A DNA stretch of 64,000 nt from Diplonema japonicum (Eukaryota > Protista > Euglenozoa: Diplonemea): positions 1-64,000 of the forward strand of contig OZ025759.1 in NCBI GenBank assembly GCA_964019335.1, given 5' to 3'. Below, in pieces: positions 52,804 through 63,455 of this stretch (positions are counted from its first letter, which is position 1; the number at the start of each line of letters is the position of its first letter). A model generated the notes under the pieces. It made no database searches. It was not told the DNA's origin and worked only from the letters and a program-made list of their open reading frames with translations. The translations under genes and the position numbers were made by a program.

Positions 52804-52839
<36 letters not shown>

Positions 52840-53389
52840 GTCCGTTTCACTTTGATCGACGTCCCTGTTGAGGTCGCGGCAGATGTCAAGCAGGCGATTG
52901 GGGCAATGACCACCACCTACCCCGGGATCAGCTTCAACTCCCTGTGGGTCAGCACCGATGCCTTTTTCATCACCGAGCAGCTGGAGCCTGTGAAGGGGGT
53001 ATGTTTCCGTTTTCAACAAAAAAACAAAAAAACAAAAAATCACACAGAGGGGCCACAAGGACCGCAAGCTTCTTATCCCCCTTATCCTTGGTGTCTTCTC
53101 CATGCTTACCATCCCAACGTTGATTACATGGGTGCTTGTTCAGATGGCGCAAGGTTCCAACAAGGCTGAGGAGGTGATTGCATTTAAGTCAAAGGTTATC
53201 TCGGAGCAGAACAACACTCTGGCTGGTAAGAACTCGGCACTTGTTACTCACGAGGAGGCGGAGGAAGCAAGGAAGGAAGAGGAGAGGAGATCAACCGAGA
53301 TGAAGCAAATGAGAGACAGACACGAATTGACTGAAGAGGATGTTGACTGGGAGGCGCAGAGACTGACTAACCAGCCTTTCGGTAACTGA
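52261..53389 (+). CDS. Type I membrane protein with four introns; exons 52261-52392, 52453-52523, 52569-52781, 52839-52998, 53048-53389
   Basis: Signal peptide; splicing removes PFPF and poly-K inserts and joins a TM helix LLIPLILGVFSMLTIPTLITWVLV and a coiled cytoplasmic tail. Confidence 0.8.
52393..52452 (+). other. Intron (60 nt, GTATGT...TTACAG), 3n and stop-free, pyrimidine-rich
   Basis: Low-complexity insert with consensus ends. Confidence 0.8.
52524..52568 (+). other. Intron (45 nt, GTATTG...AACAAG), 3n and stop-free, almost pure purine
   Basis: Low-complexity insert with GT-AG ends that preserves frame. Confidence 0.75.
52782..52838 (+). other. Intron (57 nt, GTATGT...poly-A-AG), 3n and stop-free
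   Basis: Poly-A runs directly into the acceptor AG; excision gives NVFVRFTL. Confidence 0.75.
52999..53047 (+). other. Intron (49 nt, GTATGT...CACACAG), A-rich 3' half
   Basis: Excision shifts into the TM-encoding frame. Confidence 0.85.
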
Positions 53390-54364
53390 GACTCCCCCCC
53401 AAAAAAAAATCTTGATAGAAAAAAAAAATATGAGTGTGGACGAAAAAAAAAAAAAAATCAACTTTTTTTTTTATTTTTTACTTGTAACATCTACCTTTTC
53501 TTTCTTTTTTTTTTGGACCCCCCCTTCGAAACTCACAACTCTCTTATTCTTGTATCTCTTCTCCCATAAAAAGTCCGAATTTTTTTTTTTTGCCCCTTCT
53601 TTTTTTTTTTTGTTTTGATGTGTTTCGCCCCCCACCCACACCCATGCCAAAATAGTATAGAAGTGAGAAGAAGGAGAGGGAACACAGAGGGGGAAAGAAA
53701 AGGGCGAAGGGCGAAAGCTTGAAAGGGAAAAAAGGAAGAGGGCAAAAAAAGAAAAATAGAGAAAAGAGACCGGCACACCCAAAATTAAAAATAATAGAGC
53801 TTCTTATATATTTCTAGAGGAAACAAAAGAAATAAGATTGCTTTTTTTTTTTTTTTTTTTTAAATCTCTTCCCCATTCCCATAACCTCCCCCTCTATGGG
53901 CCACTCTTTTTCTTCTTTTTTTGCTGGTTTTGCCCTCTTGTTCCTTTCAGTTTATATTTCTCCCTTAACCCTTTTCCCCCCCCTTCATTGTTTCCCATTC
54001 ATTCTCCTCCCACCCCCCTTGTGCCCTGTCCCACCCCCATTTTTTTTTTCTTTTTTTTCTTCTTTTTCCCCTTTTTCCCCTTCCCATCTCCATCTTCGCA
54101 CTTCTTCTTTATGTTCCTATTTTCTTTACGGGTTATATTAAAAAAAGAAGGGGGGGGGGGGGGGCAGGGGAAAAAAGAAGAAGAAAGGAAAGGGAGGGGG
54201 GGCGGGGGGAGGTTTTTTCCCCCCCCTCTTATTTCCTTTCCCCCCCTCCCCTTTTCTTTATGTGAAGCGGTCTTACCTTTTTTTTTTCTCTTTTTTTATT
54301 TTATTTTAAAATTTTATTTTACAGCTCGCTTTAAAAAAAAAAAAAAAGGGGTGGGGAGGGGTCG

Positions 54365-56959
54365 ATGACAGCTAAGGACCAAGTACTCCAGGCACTTGAT
54401 GGTGCGTGTGTGGGCAACCCTGCTGCGAGTGAATGGTTGTTGAAGGAGGGGCAAAATGTGGGGAGGGAACTATTTGAGCTTTTTGTGGGAAATGGAGCGA
54501 CTGTGGGAAGCAGACAGCTCGCCGGGGTAACATTGAGAAGACAGGTAAAAAACGGAATGGAGGTCCCCGAGGAATGCAAGAGAGAAGTAATGAACCTGCT
54601 CAGCAGGGGCGACGACGTCGAAAAAATCATAAAATTCGCTGCGGCAGACCTCATAGCAGAAATGCTCATTCTGCGAAACGTCGCTGAAGAAGAATTCCTG
54701 AAGACCTGCATGGTGTCAGCTGTGTCGCAGCCGACTGCCTTCAGACTGCTCCTTTCCCTCGCCAACCCAAAACCAGGTGACTTAAACAAGTCCCTGCTGA
54801 CCAACGTCTTGGTACCTATACTCACAACACCACACATCCCTTTGCTGCCCATCGCTCGTGCTGTTTATCAGAAATACCCCATTTCACGGAATGAAGTTAC
54901 ACCTCTCCTCCCTGCGTTGCTTCCTTCCATCCCAGTTGCTTCTTACATGTACGTGGCTGATGTTATGCGGTTGGCTGCAATGCTTAAGGCAGATGTCGCG
55001 CCCAGCATCTACCAATATGCCTGTGAAGTCTTTAAATACTACGGTGCGCGGTTTGCGGAGGGGAATGTGGGTGAGGAACAGGACGGGCTTGCTGGCTATT
55101 ATTCGGAAACGGTAGCCGTTCACGCCACCATCAACGCTGTTGCCGGGTTTCTGTCGTCCACTTCGCCCGCTGCTCTCGTCCCGCATCTAAGCACCGTAAT
55201 GCTGTGTTGTGTGGAAATGGAGGATGAAGAAGAGCAAGAGGAACTGGATTGCTCCCTTGCAGTCGACACCCCTGGCCCCCTTCGCGATGCTGCTGTCTGG
55301 TTGATATCCAACTTTCTCAAGGACCCTGATGATGGGGGGCCCACTCCGCCCATCCCCGACATCCAGCAAGCCGTGTCCTCCGCCATCGGGCAGAACCTGC
55401 AAAGCCCCAACCCCTCTGTCATCGAAGGTGCTCTTTACTGCTGCCAACGGTTGTGCGAAGCGGGGTACCTCTCTCACACCGATATCCCCATCAACACTAT
55501 CCTCTCCTTCATGTCCCGCCAGGACCTCTCAGACCACGTTCGTGCTCGTGCCTCCATAACCGCTTCGTCTCTCACCAACGAGAAGCTCCCCCCCGACCAA
55601 CATGCTTACCTTGTCAACTCTCAATGGACCCAGCTCCTCAACCCCGCCATCCCGCAAGAAATACGGATTATGTCCGCCATCGGGCTCTCCAAGTCCCTCG
55701 CGACCACTCTGAACAACTCCGGTACCAAAGGGCTCATCAAGGTAGGCCCGTCCATCGCGCCATTGCTGTCATTGGTGCCCAGCTCGCCCGTCTTACTGAT
55801 CGAGACAGTCGATGTTGTGTTGCAGGTGCTCGCTGACGACGTGCTGTCCAACGAGAGTGTGCAGGAGATCCTTCCGGTACTCATGAACCTGCTCTCGACG
55901 CACCAGGCCAACACCAGGCTGTGCGTGCGTGTGCTGCGCGTCATCTGCCAGGGCATCATCGAGGAGCACAAGCCAGGCGCCGTGTGCAAGAGCATCTCCG
56001 ACTTCGCTGTATTCATTATGCAGACCATTCTCGGGACACCCAATGAGGCCATGCAGGCACTTGCGGCGTCTGCCCTGGACGTGGCCTCCACGCTGTGCTG
56101 CTGCCAGTGTGCATGCGGGTCGACAGCCATGCAGTTGATGGCGGTGGTAGCACAGTACCCTGTGGAAGGGAAGCTGGCCATTCGATCAAGGTGCCGAGCG
56201 ATGGCACTGGCCTGCTCTGCCACCCGCGACCGTCAGGGAGCCATCAACACGGAACTTGTAGCCAACTACTTGGTACGCGAAGTGCGACGGGAGTGCGATG
56301 TCGCATCAAAGATGTACGTGGTGTCGTCAGCGGTGTCCTTGTGTGCCCACTTGGAACCTGAAAAGCTACGTGTGGTGGCAGTGGAATGCATCCAAGAGTT
56401 CTCGAAACTGTGGATTGGACACAGGGATTGGAACTGGCCTGTCCATCTTGCCCTTCCATGGACGGCTCTTGCTATCAAAATCCCTTTTGGTGATGCAATT
56501 GCGATGCTGGGGCCCTCACCATTGGAGTTCCTCCAGGCGTGGCTGACTGTAGACGCCATACTGGAGCCTGCTGTCAGGCTGATCTCAACAGCGGCTGCTT
56601 TAGCACTGCTGCAGGCTGCCCCGCCTAGCTTTGTCGAGTCGCCTGTCACGCTTGCACCGATCAAGACCATTTACAGGAGGAAACCTGCTACAGAGGGGGT
56701 CTCGGCGACACTGGGAGACGCGTTGCTCCTTGCAGTTATCCGGTCGGTGGACAAGCCGTCCACACCGCACGTCAAGACCTTCTTGTCGAAGGACGTGACC
56801 ATAGCACTGCCCTGGTGCCAGGTATGAATTCCTTTCCCCCCTTCTTTTTACCGTGTTTCACAGGTACAGGCTGCTGCTGTCAATGCCCTTTCCACCCTGA
56901 CCCCCGATCGACGTGCTTCCCTGCAGCAGCTGATGAACGCCGTGTCGTGCGTGCCGTGA
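54365..56959 (+). CDS. HEAT/ARM repeat protein, importin-beta-family-like; exons 54365-56821 and 56864-56959
   Basis: RQLAGVTLRRQVK (IBN_N-like), acidic loop followed by LRDAAVWLI; spliced end ..ALSTLTPDRRASLQQLM. Confidence 0.75.
56822..56863 (+). other. Intron (42 nt, GTATGA...TCACAG), pyrimidine-rich, contains the apparent stop
   Basis: CAG|GTATGA donor; downstream 32-codon coding-like exon. Confidence 0.85.
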
Positions 56960-57181
56960 AAAGACTGAAATAAAAATAAAAAGAAAACATGGGGGAAAAA
57001 AAAAGAAGAAAAGAAAAAAAAAGAAAAAAGAAAAAAAAAAAACAGTGTCGTCTCTTCCCTTTCGTTCCGATCAAATATTCTTTTTTTTTTCCGTTCTCAT
57101 TGGGTGTTTTTTTTTCCCCCTCTTTTTTTTTTTTTTTTCGTTGTGTTAACGATTTGAAGCAGCCTTCGCACCACGCAGGGG

Positions 57182-59473
57182 ATGATGGCATCTCCCAAGC
57201 AGGACATCGTCGCTCTGCCAGAAGAAGAGTCCGACAAGGTCCACTCGGCTGTCGTGATCCAGGCACCAAGCACTGCAGTGAAGGAGCTCTTGGAGAACGC
57301 TGTCGACGCAGGTGCACGCATGGTATCAGTGAAGGTGAACAGTGTGCTTGACACAATCGTCGTTGACGACAACGGGAGCGGCGTAGGCATGGCTGGGAGG
57401 GAAGGGGTGGGAAAGCCCGGGTACAGCAACAAAGATCAGAACCTCGGCACATACGGGTTCAGAGGCCAAGCATTGGGCGCCATCGCCGTGCAATCGGAAC
57501 ATGTTACCATCCATACAAGAACGACAGACAGCAATGACAATGGGTGCCTTGTCGAGATCACGCAGAACAACCACACTGTGTCCGTGCAGCACAAGGCCAT
57601 ACCAGGGACCACCGTTACAGTCACCAACCTCTTCGGGCACGTCCCTGTGCGGAAGGTGTTCTGGTCGGACCCTGCGAGGATCCGCAGGCAATGGAACTTT
57701 ATCGTGCAGCTGTGTATGGCCGTCAACATTGTGAACCCCACACTGCATGTCTCGCTGTGGAAGGACAGCTTCCTTGCTGCGAAAGCGGATGCGAAGCCCG
57801 TCTCGACGTTTGAAGCAAGCGTGAAAGCTGTACTAGGGGACAAGATTTTTAGCGCGCTGGAGCGACTTACAGCAGAGGACGCAGAAGGACGTCGCCTGGA
57901 GTTGTACGTCCCTGTGGTGGGGCAGAAAGGGGTTGCGGCGACACGAAGCGGAGATGACAGGATATTTCCGTTCCTCAACAAGCGGTACGTGCGGTGGCGG
58001 GCAGGGGTGAGCGTTGTGAAAGGGAAATGGTCGCAACGTCGCCCGCCGTCCTGCACGAGGGACCCCGTCGTGGTGCTCTCCCTCACACTCCCCGCTGCGG
58101 AGGTCGACATCAACGTCTGCCCTCAGAAGTCAGAGGTTTTCCTCCTCAATGAGTCTAGAGCACTCGACCTGCTTGCCACTGCGCTTTCCAAGCAGACCGA
58201 CCTTCCTGACTCAGACGGCTGGGTTCCCGCGCAGCCCCTCCGCGAGGCATCCCCTTCTGCAGACCTCTTCCTTGTCGACAAGGGCGGCATCTCTGCAGTC
58301 GGCAGGGCGGAAAGCGAAGAGGAAGAAGAAGCAGACGATAGAAACGTGACGCAAGACGAAGCCCCGCCTCCGTCCCCGTCTTCCCCTTCTCCTTCTCCTT
58401 CTCCTTCTCCTTCTCCTTCTCCTTCTCCTTCTCCTTCTCCTTCTCCTTCTCCTTCTCCTTCTCCTTCTCCTTCTCCTTCTCCTTCCCCTAAACGACGGAA
58501 GGTTGCTACTGAACAAGAGGAGGAAGAGGAAGATGATGAGGGCTCACTCTTCGACTTCGAAGGTGTGGAGGATGTACATCCGAAGAAGCTTAGTACAAGA
58601 AAGGTCACCCCCACGCCGAAGGCTGCCACCCCGACACCTAACCCCGTATCACCTGTGGCATCACCCTCTTCATCCCCAGCACCGTTACAGGCATTGGACA
58701 CACTGCTGTTGGCTTCGCAGCCTGTCACAGAACAGACGGCTGTGATGCCGCCACAACCGTCGCAGCCGACGCAGAACACACCATCTGCACCACCGACAAT
58801 CGAGGTCATCAAGGAAGCGGTGAGGGGGAAGACGTATTCTGAGTTCAAGGTGTATCCTTTGAAGGTAGACAAAGGCGGCGAAGGTATTAGCATGCAGAAC
58901 GTAGTTGTATGCGGTGTGGTGGGAGGGACAGGTGTGGGGCATGCTAGCGACGGTGGTGTGGTGAAGGTTTTCTCGTTTGACATCAGAGAGCTGCACACGG
59001 CTGGTGTTGAGAAGGCGCTTCTCGAGACAACTGAGATCCCTACCACACCGCTGGCCACACCAGTAAAGGTCAGCGAGTTCTGGTCAGGTGACGAAACGCT
59101 TCTTGTGAAAGCTATGTGTCTTCCACACCACAGCCCCTTGCGGCAGGCATTGGGGCACAACGGCTTTTCACTGTTCTTGCAAGACTGCACGCCGTACCTA
59201 GCCGCTGTCTCGCAGGAAGTACCCATAACACACGACGATGTGGCGCAGATGCTGACCCATCTCTTCTCCCATGGCGCCACGCACCTCCACCGATGCGAAA
59301 AGATCACCCGCCACCTCTGTGATGAGGCCCGCAACAGAACCGCGCGAAAGTACTCAGAAGACCATGTTTTCACAAAATCAGACGCGACAGAGGCGATGCA
59401 AGAAGCGCTGGAATGGGGTGTCGTTGATACAAAGGGGTGCAGGGTGTTGTGCTGTTACAGCGAACATGATTGA
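57182..59473 (+). CDS. MutL-family mismatch-repair ATPase (PMS1-like, no recognisable endonuclease motif)
   Basis: VKELLENAVDAGA, DNGSG, GFRGQAL, GTTVTVTNLF..VPVRK, DINVCPQKSEVFL. Confidence 0.9.
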   Translation: MMASPKQDIVALPEEESDKVHSAVVIQAPSTAVKELLENAVDAGARMVSVKVNSVLDTIVVDDNGSGVGMAGREGVGKPGYSNKDQNLGTYGFRGQALGAIAVQSEHVTIHTRTTDSNDNGCLVEITQNNHTVSVQHKAIPGTTVTVTNLFGHVPVRKVFWSDPARIRRQWNFIVQLCMAVNIVNPTLHVSLWKDSFLAAKADAKPVSTFEASVKAVLGDKIFSALERLTAEDAEGRRLELYVPVVGQKGVAATRSGDDRIFPFLNKRYVRWRAGVSVVKGKWSQRRPPSCTRDPVVVLSLTLPAAEVDINVCPQKSEVFLLNESRALDLLATALSKQTDLPDSDGWVPAQPLREASPSADLFLVDKGGISAVGRAESEEEEEADDRNVTQDEAPPPSPSSPSPSPSPSPSPSPSPSPSPSPSPSPSPSPSPSPSPKRRKVATEQEEEEEDDEGSLFDFEGVEDVHPKKLSTRKVTPTPKAATPTPNPVSPVASPSSSPAPLQALDTLLLASQPVTEQTAVMPPQPSQPTQNTPSAPPTIEVIKEAVRGKTYSEFKVYPLKVDKGGEGISMQNVVVCGVVGGTGVGHASDGGVVKVFSFDIRELHTAGVEKALLETTEIPTTPLATPVKVSEFWSGDETLLVKAMCLPHHSPLRQALGHNGFSLFLQDCTPYLAAVSQEVPITHDDVAQMLTHLFSHGATHLHRCEKITRHLCDEARNRTARKYSEDHVFTKSDATEAMQEALEWGVVDTKGCRVLCCYSEHD
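58385..58480 (+). repeat. (CCTTCT)16 microsatellite encoding (Pro-Ser)n in the MutL linker
   Basis: Perfect hexamer repeat. Confidence 0.95.
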
Positions 59474-59599
59474 GAGAAAACCTCTTTTTTTTTTTTTTTT
59501 TTCATTTTCCTTATCAACGAATTCATCCTTCAGGACAATAGAGGGAACGACCCATATAAATGCGATAAAGAAAAGAAGGAGGAAAAAAAAAAAGTAAAC

Positions 59600-60325
<726 letters not shown>

Positions 60326-61014
60326 TAGAGGGGGGGGGGGGGGGGGGAGTTTTTTGCCACCCCCCCCCCTCCTTTCCCCCCTAATTTGTGTTTTTTTTTG
60401 TGATGTGTACAGTTTTGTTTTTGTTTTTTTTTTTCATACCTCTCTCTTCTTCCTTGTGTGTTTTTTTATGTAAAAAAAAAAAAAAAAAAAAAAAAAAGGC
60501 GAAGGAAAACGGAAGGGAGAAAGTAAAATAAAAGAAGAAAAAGGGGGGAAAAAGAAACTGTGAAAAAGCTTGGCTAGGTTAATTTTTTTTTTTTGTATCC
60601 ACATTTGTAAAGGATTTGTCATGCGCCTTGCTTTTGTTGTTATTATTATATCTTTGTTGGTGGTCGTTGCGAACTTCTCTCCATCATTTGGTGATTTTCT
60701 TTTTGTTTGTTCTGCTCAATTTTCTTGGGAACATGCTTGGGAGACAAGCCCTCGTTCTGGGACGTCCACACTCACTGGGAAACCAGAACGGGGGTGGAGA
60801 GATCACCCTTCGTGTGGCTCTTCCTTTTTTTTCTTTTTTTTAAGGGGGTGGAGAATGAGAGCAGGGTACCGTATCTGGGCATAACACCCAAGATCATCTT
60901 CTTTTTTTTTGTTGTTGATTTTTAGCAAAAGAAAAAAAAAATGAAAAAAGAAAGAAGAAGAAAAAAAAAGAAACTCAACCATTTCAACCGCAAAGAGGGG
61001 AGGGTGGGAGAAAC

Positions 61015-61659
61015 ATGGATATCATCTCGATTTCCTGGGAAGAATTCCAAGCGGTCATAACGGAGATGGTAGAAAGACTCAAAATGATAACAAAAGAGGT
61101 ACTGGCCTTCGAGGGGGTACAGAGCATTGTGCTGTGGGTAGAGGCGATAGGGTTCGACAGAAAAATAGTTACAACAATCCTAGAGGTGTCTTGGGTGATA
61201 ATGGGCACGTTGCTCTTGTTAAATTTGTTGGAGTGGCTTTGGTCGCTTTGTGAGGCCAAGCAAGAGCAGATACGTATCGATGGGGCAATAGATCTTTATG
61301 TGTTTCCGTCTGACCCGGATCTCCGGTCTGCCTTGGGTTTTTACCAGAAGACCCTCGGCTACAAGCTCAGAAAATCTCTCTCTCCCTCCACCCACCTTAT
61401 CGAAAAGGGTACCCACGCGATCATCCTCCAGCCACGATCGAGCCTGGTGAAGGCCTTTCCTTCCCTGTCGGATCACCTCCCCAAAAACAAATTCTCGCTG
61501 CATCGCTACCACACTGTCTGCGACGCGGAGTTGATGGAATCCTGTCTTGAAAAACAGGAGGTTTTGGTGAAGCCCCATGTCACCGAATGGGGCGTGAAGG
61601 AGATGTGGTTCAAAGACCCATGTGGGGTAGTCGTGGGTGTGGGTGAAATGGTGGGGTAA
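61015..61659 (+). CDS. Membrane-anchored VOC (glyoxalase/bleomycin-resistance) domain protein
   Basis: Hydrophobic VSWVIMGTLLLLNLLEWLW; DLRSALGFYQKTLG and PHVTEWGVKEMWFKDPCG. Confidence 0.8.
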   Translation: MDIISISWEEFQAVITEMVERLKMITKEVLAFEGVQSIVLWVEAIGFDRKIVTTILEVSWVIMGTLLLLNLLEWLWSLCEAKQEQIRIDGAIDLYVFPSDPDLRSALGFYQKTLGYKLRKSLSPSTHLIEKGTHAIILQPRSSLVKAFPSLSDHLPKNKFSLHRYHTVCDAELMESCLEKQEVLVKPHVTEWGVKEMWFKDPCGVVVGVGEMVG

Positions 61660-61747
61660 TTATTTATTTATTTTATTTATTTTTTTTTTTTTGTTGGAAA
61701 AACTTTTTTGGGGGAAAAAAAAAAAAGTGCAAAAAAAAGAAAAAAAA

Positions 61748-62231
61748 ATGAATTATGTACACCAGCCGTACGGGGATGCGCCCCCTCCGCAGCAGCAGGC
61801 TCCTTCTCAAATAGTTTATAGTACTACAGGTGCGGTGCCGTCAACGTTGCCCACACAGACCACGGCCTTCGGCGGGCTCGGGCAGGGTGGTGGCACGTCG
61901 CCCCCTGGGAGCAGTGGAGTGTCTCCTGTTCTGGTGCCGCAAGGTTCGCCTGTTCCTCCCACACTGCCTGTGGGGGGTGCCCCCCCGTCGCCTTCCATCT
62001 CTCCTTCTCAGACCAGCAAGAAAAACGGCTCCGATCGCCGGGCATCAAACTCTAGCAGTTCATCTGCCCCCGGGCTTCACCATAACAACCCCCACTCTCG
62101 ACAGGTAAGAATTACCACAGGAAAAAAAAAAAAAAAAAAAAAAACCTCAGGTGCAAGTAAACGGTCCCGACAGGCCACCCCTTCTCTACGACCCTGACAC
62201 CGGTGTGCCTATTCCTCATCTGACGGTTTAG
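61748..62231 (+). CDS. Pro/Ser/Gly-rich low-complexity protein; exons 61748-62104 and 62151-62231
   Basis: Spliced C-terminus VQVNGPDRPPLLYDPDTGVPIPHLTV*. Confidence 0.75.
62105..62150 (+). other. Intron (46 nt, GTAAGA...poly-A...CCTCAG)
   Basis: CAG|GTAAGA donor; poly-A body; CAG|G acceptor. Confidence 0.8.
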
Positions 62232-63455
62232 AAACGGGGTGTGAAGTTGTAAGAAGGAACGGAAGAAGAAGAAAAAAGTGTACTTCTTTTTTTTCTTTTC
62301 TTTTTATATTTCTTTTCCTGTTTTTTCTTTTTTTTTTTTTTTTTTTCAATATGGGGAATGTGGGGACTGTACCCCTATTTTTTGACACTCCCCATATATT
62401 TGCCTTTTTTTTTTTTTTTTTAAATATATTCTCTCCAAAAGTGCTTTTTTTTTTTTACTCATCTCAACTTCGGGTTTTGGTTTAAAAGCCAAAAGAAAAA
62501 AAAAGGAAAAAAAAAGCGGCAGTTTGTAGAGGGGGGGAGTTTGGGCGGCATTCTTTAGGCCTTCTTTGGGTTTAGCTTTAATAATAGTTCCCCTTCCCTT
62601 CCCCCCCTCGGTACTGATTCAGGATAAATCGTGACCATGGAATTGGGGAAAGGAAGGAGGAAAAAAAAGTTTATTTACTTTTTTTTCTCTATTTTTTTTT
62701 CTTCTTGGTTCATTAAAAAATGAGAGGAGGGGAGAAAAAAGAGGGGAAAATGGGGGGGGGGGGGGGGGCAAAGGGAGGGGACGAGGGGAAAAAACAAAGA
62801 AAGAAGGAAAAAAGCGGAAAAAAAGATTTAATTCAGGTGCTTGAGTAAAAGGACCAAAAAAAAAAAAAAAAAAAAAACGAAACAAAAAAAATAGGCCAAC
62901 CACTTATTCTTCTTTTTTATTTTTCCTTTCTTTCTTTCTTCTCTCCTTCCCCCCCCTCCCTTTTTTATTCCTTTCCCCCATGAGTCACGCAAAAGTAAAA
63001 ATAAATGATGAATCAAGCCTACCCTTTGCGCCAAACAGGGTAGGAAAAGAGATAAATAAGACAAAACAGGATATTTTCCCCATTCTTTCCCTTTTTTTTT
63101 TTTTTTTTTCGCTCGTCCCTCGAAAAATAGGGTGTGGGTGCAGGAGGCCATGAAGAAGCCCAATCCTTTGTCTCTCGCCTTTTTTTTTTTTTTTTTTTTT
63201 TTCCCCTCCCCTTTTTTTTTCCTTTAGTTTGTCTTTTCTCCTTTGCATCACACAAACACTCTCCCTGTTTTCTCTCTTTTTTTTTCTTTCCCCTTTTTTT
63301 TTTTTGGATATGAATGTCTTTCTCTTTCTTTAGTATCCCCCTTCTTTGGCAAAAAAAAAGAAACCACCAATACAGTAATTAAAAAAAAAAAAAAAAAAAA
63401 AAAAACCAACAAAAAAAAAAGAAGAAGAAGAAGACCCAACACCCAGACAGTGGGC

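Noticed and set aside
4469-53047. Programmed frameshifting, RNA editing or a non-standard genetic code to explain broken ORFs
   Set aside because: Every break is explained by a GT-AG intron; long ORFs read normally with TAA, TAG and TGA all used as stops
58123-59373. 416-aa minus ORF with (GE)n; likewise 7620-8573 and 20036-20767
   Set aside because: Antisense shadows of low-complexity coding regions
60570-60884. 104-aa hydrophobic ORF
   Set aside because: Composition is that of a T-rich spacer and no domain is recognisable; cannot be supported
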